The notes under the pieces were generated by a model. That model ran no database searches, was not told where the DNA came from, and worked only from the letters and a program-made list of their open reading frames with translations. Source: an uncultured bacterium (GTDB lineage Bacteria > Hydrothermota > Tepidihabitantia > Tepidihabitantales > Tepidihabitantaceae). From it: a stretch of DNA of 64,000 nt. Position 1 is the first letter of the stretch; each line of letters starts with the position of its first letter. Location: contig CAZVDD010000011.1 in assembly GCA_964626075.1 (NCBI GenBank), positions 12,566-76,565 of the forward strand, written 5' to 3'. A program made the translations under genes and the position numbers. Below, piece by piece: positions 28,572 through 37,728 of this stretch.

Positions 28572-30041
28572 TTGCCGATGAGTGGTCAAGAATTGCAACC
28601 CCCAACCGCGACGGGTTATGAAGTTCGGATGCAGAAACTTTCCCAGTTGCGGCAAGCGGGCATTTTGCCCTATGCCTACCATTTTGAGCGTACCCACTTT
28701 GCCGCTGAGGTAATCAGAAACTTCGCAACGCTTCAGGGTAAGGTGGTGAGTGTTGCGGGCCGACTTGTGACACGACGCCGGCATGGTAAGACGCAGTTTG
28801 CTCATATCCAGGATACGAGTGGCAAATTACAGGTTTATTTGCGGCAGGATACTCTGGGGCAAGAGGTTTATGAACTGCTGGAACTGCTGGACATCGGAGA
28901 TGTGCTCGGGATGCGGGGCGAGGTTTTTAAGACCAAGACGGGTGAAGTGACGGTTCATGTTCAGGAGTGGCAACTGCTTGCGAAGTCGCTTCAACCCCTG
29001 CCGGAGAAGTTTCATGGATTACGGGATGTGGAGACGCGCTATCGGCAACGGTATCTCGACCTTCTGGTTAATGAGGATTCAAAACGGGTGTTTGAAATGC
29101 GGTCCAAAATCATCCGTCTTATCCGTCAGTTTCTTGAGCAACGGGGTTTTATCGAGGTTGAGACACCGGTTTTACAGCCGATTTACGGGGGCGCTGCGGC
29201 ACGACCGTTTCAAACTTATTACAATGTGCTGGAACAGGAGATGTTTCTGAGGATATCGGATGAGTTGTATCTCAAACGGTTGATTGTGGGCGGACTGGAG
29301 CGGGTGTACGAAATTGGCAAGGATTTTCGCAATGAGGGGCTGGACCGGTTTCACAATCCCGAATTTACCCAGATGGAACTTTATCAGGCTTACGCCGACT
29401 ATCACGATATGATGACACTGGTTGAAGAACTTTTTAAGTTCCTGGCGCAGGAGCTGTACGGTAAAACCGAGATTGAATTCAGTGGCCATAGGATTGACTT
29501 CGGTAAACCGTGGCGCCGACTGCGATTTGTTGAGGCGCTGCAGGAGAAAATCGAAGTTAATCCCCTGGAGTTGAGTGATACACTGCTGACCAAGGTGGCG
29601 GCGCGTTTTGGTATAGAGGTTAAACCGGGGACAACGCGGGCAAAGTTGCTGGACAAGTTGTTCAGTGAGCTGATTCAGGAAAGTATCGTGGAACCAACTT
29701 TTGTGATGGACCATCCCAAGGAAACTACGCCTCTGGCAAAGCCCCATCGAGAAGATGGCAGGCTGGTTGAGCGATTCGAACCGGTGGTGTGTGGCCTTGA
29801 GGTCGGCAACGCCTTCAGCGAACTGAACGACCCGCTGGAACAAAGGCAGCGATTTGAGGAGGCGGTGCAAAGGAATGAAGAGTTCGCCACCCTCGATGAA
29901 GATTACTGCCGTGCCCTGGAGTACGGTATGCCACCCACCGGTGGTTTGGGTATCGGCATTGACCGGCTGGTGATGCTTTTTACCAATCAGGATTCAATCC
30001 GCGATGTGATTCTTTTCCCGCAGTTAAAGAAGGGTAAGTAG
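28572..30041 (+). CDS. lysS: Lysine--tRNA ligase (class II)
   Basis: It has an OB anticodon-binding N-terminus and class II motifs (FRNEG, GGLGIGIDRLVM). The start is a TTG at 28572 or an ATG at 28578. Confidence 0.9.
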   Translation: MPMSGQELQPPTATGYEVRMQKLSQLRQAGILPYAYHFERTHFAAEVIRNFATLQGKVVSVAGRLVTRRRHGKTQFAHIQDTSGKLQVYLRQDTLGQEVYELLELLDIGDVLGMRGEVFKTKTGEVTVHVQEWQLLAKSLQPLPEKFHGLRDVETRYRQRYLDLLVNEDSKRVFEMRSKIIRLIRQFLEQRGFIEVETPVLQPIYGGAAARPFQTYYNVLEQEMFLRISDELYLKRLIVGGLERVYEIGKDFRNEGLDRFHNPEFTQMELYQAYADYHDMMTLVEELFKFLAQELYGKTEIEFSGHRIDFGKPWRRLRFVEALQEKIEVNPLELSDTLLTKVAARFGIEVKPGTTRAKLLDKLFSELIQESIVEPTFVMDHPKETTPLAKPHREDGRLVERFEPVVCGLEVGNAFSELNDPLEQRQRFEEAVQRNEEFATLDEDYCRALEYGMPPTGGLGIGIDRLVMLFTNQDSIRDVILFPQLKKGK

Positions 30042-31310
30042 TTGATGGGTCAGGATGCTCCGCGTTGGGAAAGTTCCCTCAGCCGGAGGCTGGCGTTTGA
30101 GTTTTTCATCGCCCGCCGTTATCTCCGGGGGCGGGGCAAAAGGTCGTTTTCGGGAAATGCAACAATTGCGATTGGTGGGGTTTTTGTGGGTGTGGCGGCG
30201 ATTATCATCGTTCTTTCGGTGCAAAACGGTTTTCATAAAGAGTTGCGAGACAGGATTCTTGGTTCATCGCCCCATATTGTTGTTTCCCAGTACGGGTACA
30301 AGCCGATTGACTACACGGGCGTCGGCGATTCGATAGTAGAGAAAATCAGGGGTGTGCCCGGTGTAATTGCGGTGGCACCGTTTCTTTATTCGAAGATTTT
30401 GATGAAAGCGGGCGGGCTGGTGGAAGGCGGTGTGGTGCGCGGTATTGAACCGGAACTGGAAGGAAATTTGACTGAAGTTGCCCGGAGCATTATTGAGGGT
30501 TCATTCTCTTTTGACTCTTCCGGGGTAGTTATCGGCGTCGAACTGGCACGGTCTTTAGGGGTGTTTGTCGGCGACCGAATTGTTCTCGCCTCGCCTTTTT
30601 CCGGGACGGGCACACCTTTAGGGTATCTGCCCCGGACAAAGTCTTTTCGGGTCAACGGTGTTTTTGATGCCGGGATGTATGAGTACAACGCCAGTTTGGT
30701 GTTCGCGGGGTTGCGCGACCTGCAGGAGTTTCTCGGCATGACCGGCAAGGTAAACGGTTATGAGGTCCGGGTGATTGATGTCGACAATGCGGGTCGGGTT
30801 GCGCGCCGGATTGCAATGAAACTGGATATGCCGTTTCGAGCGATTGACTGGATAACGCAGAACAAAAACCTTTTTACCGCCCTGCGACTGGAAAAGACAG
30901 TGACATTTATTGTCCTGGTGCTTATTGTGCTGGTGGCGGCGTTCAACATAATCGGGATGCTGACGATGATGGTTATCAGAAAAACCCGGGAAATCGGGAT
31001 TCTAAAGACAATCGGGACGAAGTCACCAAGTATTACCCGGATATTTATGATGGTGGGCGCTTCAATTGGTGTGATTGGCACCGGCGCCGGCGCGGTGTTT
31101 GGGTTTATTGTCTCTTGGCTTTTGAACCGTTACCGTTTTGTAAACTTACCGGGTGATGTGTATTTTATTAAAAATCTGCCGGTGCAGATGCAGTGGCAGG
31201 ATTTTGTTGTCGTCTGTTTGTCGGCGCTAATTATTACCTTCGCTGCCACCATTTATCCGGCGTATCGGGCAGCGAAACTGCAACCGGTGGAGGCGATTCG
31301 GTATGAATGA
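30042..31310 (+). CDS. lolE: Lipoprotein-releasing system permease LolC/E (FtsX/MacB-like)
   Basis: It has a MacB-type periplasmic domain between TM1 and TM2 and an FtsX C-terminal four-helix domain. It is followed by lolD. Confidence 0.8.
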   Translation: MMGQDAPRWESSLSRRLAFEFFIARRYLRGRGKRSFSGNATIAIGGVFVGVAAIIIVLSVQNGFHKELRDRILGSSPHIVVSQYGYKPIDYTGVGDSIVEKIRGVPGVIAVAPFLYSKILMKAGGLVEGGVVRGIEPELEGNLTEVARSIIEGSFSFDSSGVVIGVELARSLGVFVGDRIVLASPFSGTGTPLGYLPRTKSFRVNGVFDAGMYEYNASLVFAGLRDLQEFLGMTGKVNGYEVRVIDVDNAGRVARRIAMKLDMPFRAIDWITQNKNLFTALRLEKTVTFIVLVLIVLVAAFNIIGMLTMMVIRKTREIGILKTIGTKSPSITRIFMMVGASIGVIGTGAGAVFGFIVSWLLNRYRFVNLPGDVYFIKNLPVQMQWQDFVVVCLSALIITFAATIYPAYRAAKLQPVEAIRYE

Positions 31311-31989
31311 GCCGGTGTTGGTTGCCGATGGGCTCTGGCGCAGTTTTAAGACCGGCCCCGAAAAACTGGATGTACTGAAAGGGGTTCAATTTGAAGTTCG
31401 CCGTGGTGAACTGGTAGCAATTGTTGGGCCATCGGGCTCCGGGAAATCGACGCTTTTACACATCCTCGGCGGTTTGGACCGGCCCGATAAAGGCCGGGTT
31501 ATGCTTGATTCTATTGATATTTTTAAGTATCCTGAATCAAGGTTGCCGGAGTTGCGTAATCAGAAGGTTGGTTTTGTGTTTCAATTCCATCATCTTCTGG
31601 CAGAGTTTACCGTGCTGGAAAATGTTGCCGTGCCCTTGCTCATTGCCGGTGTTGAGCGACAAACGGCGTTGACAAAGGCGAAACAGGTGCTGGAAGAGGT
31701 CGGTTTTACGACGAGGTTGCAACATCGTCCGGGGGAACTTTCCGGAGGTGAACGGGCACTGGTAGCGGTGGCGCGGGCGCTGGCAAATACGCCGGTGGTG
31801 GTGTTTGCCGATGAACCGACCGGCAATCTGGACACGAGGTCAGCAAACGCTTTAATGGATTTGCTGGTGAAATTGAGCCAGGAAAAAGGCAGAACGATTT
31901 TAGTCGTCACCCATAACGAAGCACTGGCTGGCCGGGCGCAAAGGAAGTTAAGGTTGTGTGATGGGAGGCTGGAAGATGAAACTGTGTGA
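31303..31989 (+). CDS. lolD: Lipoprotein-releasing system ATP-binding protein LolD
   Basis: Walker A GPSGSGKST, signature LSGGERALVAVARAL, Walker B VFADEP and H-loop THN. It overlaps lolE by 8 nt. Confidence 0.85.
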   Translation: MNEPVLVADGLWRSFKTGPEKLDVLKGVQFEVRRGELVAIVGPSGSGKSTLLHILGGLDRPDKGRVMLDSIDIFKYPESRLPELRNQKVGFVFQFHHLLAEFTVLENVAVPLLIAGVERQTALTKAKQVLEEVGFTTRLQHRPGELSGGERALVAVARALANTPVVVFADEPTGNLDTRSANALMDLLVKLSQEKGRTILVVTHNEALAGRAQRKLRLCDGRLEDETV

Positions 31990-32473
31990 TATCTGCGGGA
32001 AAAAAGAGGCGACGCTGGTGGTGCGACAGCTGGATAAAGAGGGGAAGGCAACCGATTTGAATGTGTGCGCCGAATGTGCCAAGAAGCGAGGGTTTACCGG
32101 AGTTGAGGAATGCGAGCCCGACAGTGGTGCGGTCATTGCCGAATTGAAGTCCAGGATGGAGGAGAGCGATAGAAAAGTTATCTGCCCGCGCTGCGGGATG
32201 AGTTTTGCCGAATTTAAGAGGGCGGGAAGGCTCGGATGTGCCGATTGTTATCAGGCGTTTATTGAAAAGTTAAAACCGATAATCCGGCGTTTGCACGGCG
32301 CGGTTCAGCATATTGGCAAGACGGCAAACCAGGGGCGAAAGCGCGCCCAGGAGCGCCTTGAGATTCAGCGGCTGCGGGCGGAACTGGAGAAGGCGATAAA
32401 ACAAGAGGATTATGAAAAGGCGGCAGCGCTGCGCGACCGTCTGAAACGGAGAGAGGATGAAACTGACTCCTGA
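31976..32473 (+). CDS. mcsA: McsA-like activator of protein arginine kinase (zinc-ribbon plus UVR domain)
   Basis: Cys pairs CDICG...CAEC and CPRCG...CADC are followed by a UVR-like motif (YEKAAALRDRL). It lies immediately upstream of mcsB, overlapping it. The probable ATG is at about 31976. Confidence 0.65.
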   Translation: MKLCDICGKKEATLVVRQLDKEGKATDLNVCAECAKKRGFTGVEECEPDSGAVIAELKSRMEESDRKVICPRCGMSFAEFKRAGRLGCADCYQAFIEKLKPIIRRLHGAVQHIGKTANQGRKRAQERLEIQRLRAELEKAIKQEDYEKAAALRDRLKRREDETDS

Positions 32474-33500
32474 GAAGGTCGGTACCTGGTTGTCCAGTAG
32501 CGGGCCTGATTCTGATGTGGTCATTTCTAGCCGGGTGCGATTTGCGCGTAATCTAATTGATGTCCCATTTGTCGTCAGGATGAAACAGTTTGAGCAGGAG
32601 CTGGTTCTGGAGACGGTGCGCTGGGCACTTGCCGACATCGGGTTTCTAAAACAGGGGCGATTTTTTGAAGAAGGGATGCTGGCCGAACCAGATGGGCTCT
32701 ATTTTGTTGAACGGCATCTGGCGTCACTTGATTTGATAACCAGTAAAAACCGAAAAGGGCTTTTTGTTTCTGAGGATGAGACGGTGAGTCTAATGGTCAA
32801 CGAGGAAGACCATATCCGGTTCCAGGTTCTCTCATCAGGTTTTGACTTCGCTACGGCGTTTGGAAAAGCAGCCGAGCTTGATGAAAAACTTGAGGGGCAA
32901 CTGGCTTATGCCTTTTCACCCGAGTTCGGATTCCTTACCAGTTGTCCGACTAATGTCGGTACCGCACTTCGTGTTTCGGTATTTCTTCACTTGCCTGGGC
33001 TGGTGCTGACCAAAGAAATTGAGCGGGTTTTGCGTGGCGCCTATGCCCTTGGTTTGCTGGTGCGCGGCGTATACGGCGAAGGGACCGAGCCCCGGGCAAA
33101 CTTGTTTCAGATTTCCAATCGGCGGACCCTTGGACAGTCAGAGGCAGAGATTGTCGAGGTGGTCAGTAGCGTCTGCCGGCAGATAGTTGATTATGAACAC
33201 AAGGCACGACAGTTTCTGATGCACAATCTGCGGGTGGAGGTTGAAGACAAAGTATTTCGTTCCCTGGGGCTTTTGCGCGGCGCTCGTATTATCTCTACTG
33301 AAGAGGCGACCGATTTGCTGGCGATGGTGCGGTTCGGAGTGGCGCTGGGGATTATCAATGAACTGAGACTTGCCGAGGTAACTCAATTGTTAATCCTGAT
33401 TCGGCCGGCGAATCTTCAGGCTGTTTTAGGTGAAAAGTTGCACGGCGACGAACAGGACGAGCGTCGGGCAACATTTATCCGCGAGAAGTTGGTGCGGTGA
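32457..33500 (+). CDS. mcsB: Protein arginine kinase McsB (ATP:guanido phosphotransferase family)
   Basis: It has the phosphagen-kinase active-site motif CPTNVGTALR and a length of 347 aa. Confidence 0.85.
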   Translation: MKLTPEKVGTWLSSSGPDSDVVISSRVRFARNLIDVPFVVRMKQFEQELVLETVRWALADIGFLKQGRFFEEGMLAEPDGLYFVERHLASLDLITSKNRKGLFVSEDETVSLMVNEEDHIRFQVLSSGFDFATAFGKAAELDEKLEGQLAYAFSPEFGFLTSCPTNVGTALRVSVFLHLPGLVLTKEIERVLRGAYALGLLVRGVYGEGTEPRANLFQISNRRTLGQSEAEIVEVVSSVCRQIVDYEHKARQFLMHNLRVEVEDKVFRSLGLLRGARIISTEEATDLLAMVRFGVALGIINELRLAEVTQLLILIRPANLQAVLGEKLHGDEQDERRATFIREKLVR

Positions 33501-33503
33501 ATT

Positions 33504-34910
33504 ATGGGATTAACTGAGCAGGAAAAAAAGGAACGGTTGCGCCAGTTGCCTGCGGTGGAAAAGGTCCTCGGCGATGAGCGGTTGTCAGCGGTTATTACCG
33601 GGTTGCATCCGCGACTGGCAAAATGGATAATCCGGCGTTATCTGGAGGAGGTGCGGGCAGAAATTCTCAACGGAAAAGAGGCGCAGTTTGACATTGAAGA
33701 GTTACAACTCAGGTTGGCGGAGAACCATAAACCCAGTCTGGTCCGGGCAATAAATGGGTTGGGCGTGGTGTTACACACCGGGCTGGGCCGGGCACCTCTT
33801 CCCAAGGTGGCACAGCAGGCGTTGATTGATGTCAGTGAAAATTTTTGCACCCTGGAGATCAACCGAAGAGATGGAAGGCGAGGGAGTCGATATCGTCATA
33901 TTGAACCGCTGCTTTGTGAACTGACCGGAGCCGAGGCGGCAATGGTGGTGAACAACAACTGCGCGGCGACTTTGCTTATTCTCTCCACGATTGCCCAAAA
34001 CAAAGAGGTTGTTGTGTCTCGGGGGCAGTTGATTGAAATTGGCGGTTCGTTTCGAATTCCCGATGTGATGCGCCAGAGCGGGTGCCGAATGGTAGAGGTG
34101 GGGACAACCAATCGCACCCATCTGCGGGATTATGAAAATGCCATTACCCCGGAAACAGCAGCGATTTTACGGGTGCACACCTCTAATTACCGCATCGTTG
34201 GTTTTACCAAGGAGGTCGGGTTGGAGGAACTGGTAGCGCTGGGGCGGAAGCATCAAATCCCGGTAATAGACGATTTGGGTTCGGGCGCTTTGGTTGACCT
34301 TTCTAAATACGGTTTGCCCAAAGAACCGGTGGTTGGGGAGTCAATTGCGCTCGGCGCTGATGTTGTTTGTTTCTCAGGTGATAAACTTATTGGTGCCGGT
34401 CAAGCGGGCATCATTGTTGGTAAAAAGGTGTTGATTGAGCGGATGAAGAAAAATCCGCTTACCCGGGCACTGCGCTGTGACAAACTGACCTATGCGGTGC
34501 TGGAAAGAACTTTAGAACTTTTTCTTGATGAAGAACGGGTAATCCGGGAGCATGCTCTGTTTCAGGTCATTTTAAAGCCGCTTGCGCAGATGGAGGAGGA
34601 GGCGCGGGCGCTTTTAATGGTAATAAAGGATAAGTTAAAAGATAAAGCGGAGTTTGCCATTCGACCGACAAAGGCGGAAGTCGGAGGTGGCTCGCTGGCG
34701 ACAGAAACGCTTGATTCAATCGCCCTGACAGTTAAACCAAGAGGGATATCGGTGGCTGAACTGGCAAAGAGGCTGCGGTTTTACTCAATACCGGTTTTTG
34801 CCCGGGTGGCAAACGAGGAACTGTACCTTGACTTCCGCACCATCCGGAGCGACGAGGTCTCAATTGTTGGTGATGCCCTTATCTGGGCGCTGACGAAGGA
34901 AGGTGGCTGA
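33504..34910 (+). CDS. selA: L-seryl-tRNA(Sec) selenium transferase
   Basis: 468 aa. The PLP-lysine motif FSGDKLIGAGQAGII matches E. coli FSGDKLLGGPQAGII. Confidence 0.8.
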   Translation: MGLTEQEKKERLRQLPAVEKVLGDERLSAVITGLHPRLAKWIIRRYLEEVRAEILNGKEAQFDIEELQLRLAENHKPSLVRAINGLGVVLHTGLGRAPLPKVAQQALIDVSENFCTLEINRRDGRRGSRYRHIEPLLCELTGAEAAMVVNNNCAATLLILSTIAQNKEVVVSRGQLIEIGGSFRIPDVMRQSGCRMVEVGTTNRTHLRDYENAITPETAAILRVHTSNYRIVGFTKEVGLEELVALGRKHQIPVIDDLGSGALVDLSKYGLPKEPVVGESIALGADVVCFSGDKLIGAGQAGIIVGKKVLIERMKKNPLTRALRCDKLTYAVLERTLELFLDEERVIREHALFQVILKPLAQMEEEARALLMVIKDKLKDKAEFAIRPTKAEVGGGSLATETLDSIALTVKPRGISVAELAKRLRFYSIPVFARVANEELYLDFRTIRSDEVSIVGDALIWALTKEGG

Positions 34911-35679
34911 GGTGTTTCCAGTACTTTTAAGATTGGGTAACTTTCAACTTTATTCTTACGGTGTGATGCTCTTTATTTCTTTTATCCTGGGCATCGCAAT
35001 TGTCGAAAGTCGGGCAAAGCGGTTTGGTGTTGACCCAAAGAAAATAACTGATTTGGCTTTGTGGGTGCTTCTGGCAGTGGTTTTGGGGGCGCGACTTTTC
35101 TATGTGGTGTTTCACTGGGAGGAGTTCCGTTACAATCTGATTGATACGATTAAGTTTTGGGGCAATCCCCCCGGACTTTCTGGCTTGATGTTTTACGGTG
35201 GATTTCTCGGCGGATTTGTTGCCGGGTTGCTGTATGTCTGGTGCAATCACCTGCCGGTAGTGAAACTGCTTGATGCGGTAGCACCCGCGGTAGTGTTGGG
35301 TGAAGGGTTTACACGGATTGGATGTTTCCTGAATGGTTGTTGTTTTGGCAAGCCTACCGATTCGTTCCTCGGCGTAATTTTCCCTCCTAACTCAGCAGCT
35401 GGCGCCCAGTTTCCGGGGCAACCGATTTATCCCACCCAACTGTTTTCTTCTTTAGCCGGGTTTGTTCTTTTTGGAATTGCCCTGTTCCTGGAACGACGAA
35501 AACTCAAGCCCGGTGTTTTGTTTTCGATTATATTGATTCTGTATTCGCTTTTCCGGTTTGGAATTGATTTTGTTCGTTTTTACGAGAACGAGGCAAATTT
35601 CTGGGGTAATCAAATTGTCGCATTAGGTTTGACGCTAATCGGGCTGGTTCTTCTCGTTATCTTCCTGCGCCGCAAATGA
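34903..35679 (+). CDS. lgt: Prolipoprotein diacylglyceryl transferase
   Basis: 258-aa polytopic protein. It has Y...GVM at the N-terminus and the Lgt signature region TRIGCFLNGCCFGKPT. Confidence 0.85.
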   Translation: MAEVFPVLLRLGNFQLYSYGVMLFISFILGIAIVESRAKRFGVDPKKITDLALWVLLAVVLGARLFYVVFHWEEFRYNLIDTIKFWGNPPGLSGLMFYGGFLGGFVAGLLYVWCNHLPVVKLLDAVAPAVVLGEGFTRIGCFLNGCCFGKPTDSFLGVIFPPNSAAGAQFPGQPIYPTQLFSSLAGFVLFGIALFLERRKLKPGVLFSIILILYSLFRFGIDFVRFYENEANFWGNQIVALGLTLIGLVLLVIFLRRK

Positions 35680-36467
35680 GTTTTCTTGGGGCGACTTTCG
35701 CCCGCGTGCAGCGGTTGTTTAAACCGTTTGTCGATTTTCTCTTCCCGCCAGTTTGTTTTGGCTGCGATGAGGAGATTGAAGACGGGCTAATCTGTGACTC
35801 CTGCCGGCTGTTGCTTTTCACCAGTGAACTGGATGTTTGTGGTCGATGCGGTAGACCCTGTTTACCCGGGGCGGGCAGATGTGGTTGTTGTGACCCGCCG
35901 CTGGCATTGAGTCGGATTCGAGCGGTAGGTGTTTATGGGAAGCCGTTTGTAGGCTTAATTCAGGCATTGAAGTATCAGGAGAAAAAGGCACTGGTACCAA
36001 TTTTAGGCGGGGCTTTAGCGCTTCTGGTGGAGCAGGATAGCGGTTTAAAAAGGGCGGATCGAATTTGTCCAGTACCGTTACACCCGGCGCGGCGGCGGGA
36101 ACGGGGCTACAATCAGGCGTCTCTTTTAGCGGAAGAGGTGGCGCGGATAACCGGTATTCCGTTTGCCGACCTTTTGGTCCGCAAGAAGAATACTCCAAGT
36201 CAAACAAAACAGAATAGCAACGAAAGTCGATTTAGCAATGTCCGGGGCGCCTTTGGTGTGAAAAAGGGGGAACGGTTTGATGGAATGAGGGTGATACTAA
36301 TTGACGATGTGATGACGACGGGGGCGACGCTTTCCGCAGCCGCCGAGGAGTTGCGCAAAGCAGGTGCCGCAGAGGTTATGGGATTGGTTGTTGCGGCAGC
36401 GGTTGGTTTAGAATCGAAAGCAAACTGTCGCGATAAGAGCGAAAAGCGGGCAGGTAGGCGAGTTTAA
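35676..36467 (+). CDS. comF: ComF family protein (double zinc ribbon plus phosphoribosyltransferase domain)
   Basis: The N-terminus has CFGCD...CDSC...CGRCG. The C-terminal PRTase motif is VILIDDVMTTGATL. Confidence 0.7.
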   Translation: MSFLGATFARVQRLFKPFVDFLFPPVCFGCDEEIEDGLICDSCRLLLFTSELDVCGRCGRPCLPGAGRCGCCDPPLALSRIRAVGVYGKPFVGLIQALKYQEKKALVPILGGALALLVEQDSGLKRADRICPVPLHPARRRERGYNQASLLAEEVARITGIPFADLLVRKKNTPSQTKQNSNESRFSNVRGAFGVKKGERFDGMRVILIDDVMTTGATLSAAAEELRKAGAAEVMGLVVAAAVGLESKANCRDKSEKRAGRRV

Positions 36468-37641
36468 GCGCGCCAGCACGAGGTGGGTTTAGACGCAACG
36501 GGTTGACCGGCGCGCCAAATTTACGTACTTCGTAGTGCAGGTGCGGGCCGGTAGAAAGGCCGGTTGAGCCAACATAGCCGATAATTTGTCCCTGGGTTAC
36601 CGGTGCACCGTTTTTTATCCCTTTGCCAAAACTACTTAGATGGCCGTAACGAGTTTCGTAACCATCACGGTGACCGATGCGCACCAAACGCCCGTAACCA
36701 CCGTACCAGCCCGCGGAAATAACACGACCATCGGCAACACACGAAACCGGTGTGCCGGTTGGTGCTGCATAATCGATGCCGTAATGAGCACAGCGAATGT
36801 GGCGTATGGGGTGGAACCGGTTGCCAAAGAAGGAGGAAATACGGGAGAAACGCAAGGGCGATTTTAAGAAGAGTTTACGCATTGATAACCCATCCCGGTT
36901 GTAGTAGTCGGTATTTCCTTCCGGGTCGGTGAAAAGGAAGGCGTTGAATTCACCGATTACTCCTTTGTAGCGGGCAGCGATAATTTTACCATAACCTACT
37001 AACACCGAGTCGATATATTTACGCATCACCAGTATAACAAAAGAATCACCGGGTTGGGTTTCTGAGAAGAAGTCGATTTCCCAATCAAAAATTTCGGTGT
37101 AAGCGGCAACCAGGGCGGGTTTTTCTCCCAAATTGAGTAACGACTGATACAGGGAGCCGGTGATTGCTCCTTTGATAACGGTGGGGACCGTGTTGATGGG
37201 AAGGGATGTTAATGTAACGGTGCATGGGCTGGAATCGAGGTTGATCTGGTAGATGGAGTCGTAGTTGCGCCAGTAGCGAATTTGAACAATCGAGTCACTG
37301 CGATAGACAAGGATAAGACTGTCACCAGGTCGGATGCGGCGGAAATTGAAACCGAACCTGGCTAACGCGCCAATAACCTGCTCTGAAATTTGGGTGGGGA
37401 CACCGGCACGGTTGAAAACAAATGGCAAAATTTCTCCGGGCTGAACCGCGAAACTTTTAGTTGTAAGTGGTAGCGTCTGAAATTGAGCAGGTGAAGTTAC
37501 TGTCCGAGGATGACGGGGCCGGATAAGGATGAATATCAAGGTGGTTAAAATTATCACGCCCACAACAACGACCAGGCGAAGCGAGTTACTTCTGCGCAAT
37601 CGAGGGGATGCGGGTTCAAGTAGTGGACGGGGTTTTAACAT
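36376..37641 (-). CDS. M23 family metallopeptidase (LytM-like)
   Basis: It has an N-terminal TM segment and the M23 motifs HYGIDYAAPTGTPV and GSTGLSTGPHLHYEVR. The 3' end overlaps comF by about 90 nt. Confidence 0.8.
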   Translation of the reverse strand: MLKPRPLLEPASPRLRRSNSLRLVVVVGVIILTTLIFILIRPRHPRTVTSPAQFQTLPLTTKSFAVQPGEILPFVFNRAGVPTQISEQVIGALARFGFNFRRIRPGDSLILVYRSDSIVQIRYWRNYDSIYQINLDSSPCTVTLTSLPINTVPTVIKGAITGSLYQSLLNLGEKPALVAAYTEIFDWEIDFFSETQPGDSFVILVMRKYIDSVLVGYGKIIAARYKGVIGEFNAFLFTDPEGNTDYYNRDGLSMRKLFLKSPLRFSRISSFFGNRFHPIRHIRCAHYGIDYAAPTGTPVSCVADGRVISAGWYGGYGRLVRIGHRDGYETRYGHLSSFGKGIKNGAPVTQGQIIGYVGSTGLSTGPHLHYEVRKFGAPVNPLRLNPPRAGALKLAYLPAFRSYRDSLLSILNQPLPQQPIP

Positions 37642-37693
37642 AGTTAATATAATTATAATACTCTATATTACTCAGAGGGCAATAAATTTAGGC

Positions 37694-37722
37694 TTGACCC
37701 TGGAGAGGTGCTGGCTTATCAT
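37694..37722 (+). promoter_or_regulatory. Candidate sigma70 promoter (TTGACC, 17-nt spacer, TATCAT) with the -10 ending about 6 nt before the apbE ATG
   Basis: TTGACC lies at about 37694 and TATCAT at about 37717. The ATG at about 37729 has no Shine-Dalgarno sequence. Confidence 0.4.
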
Positions 37723-37728
37723 TTTGCG

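Noticed and set aside
29172-29870. 232-aa ORF antisense to lysS
   Set aside because: It is antisense within a highly conserved aminoacyl-tRNA synthetase gene. It has no recognisable domain and is an artefact of the open reverse frame.
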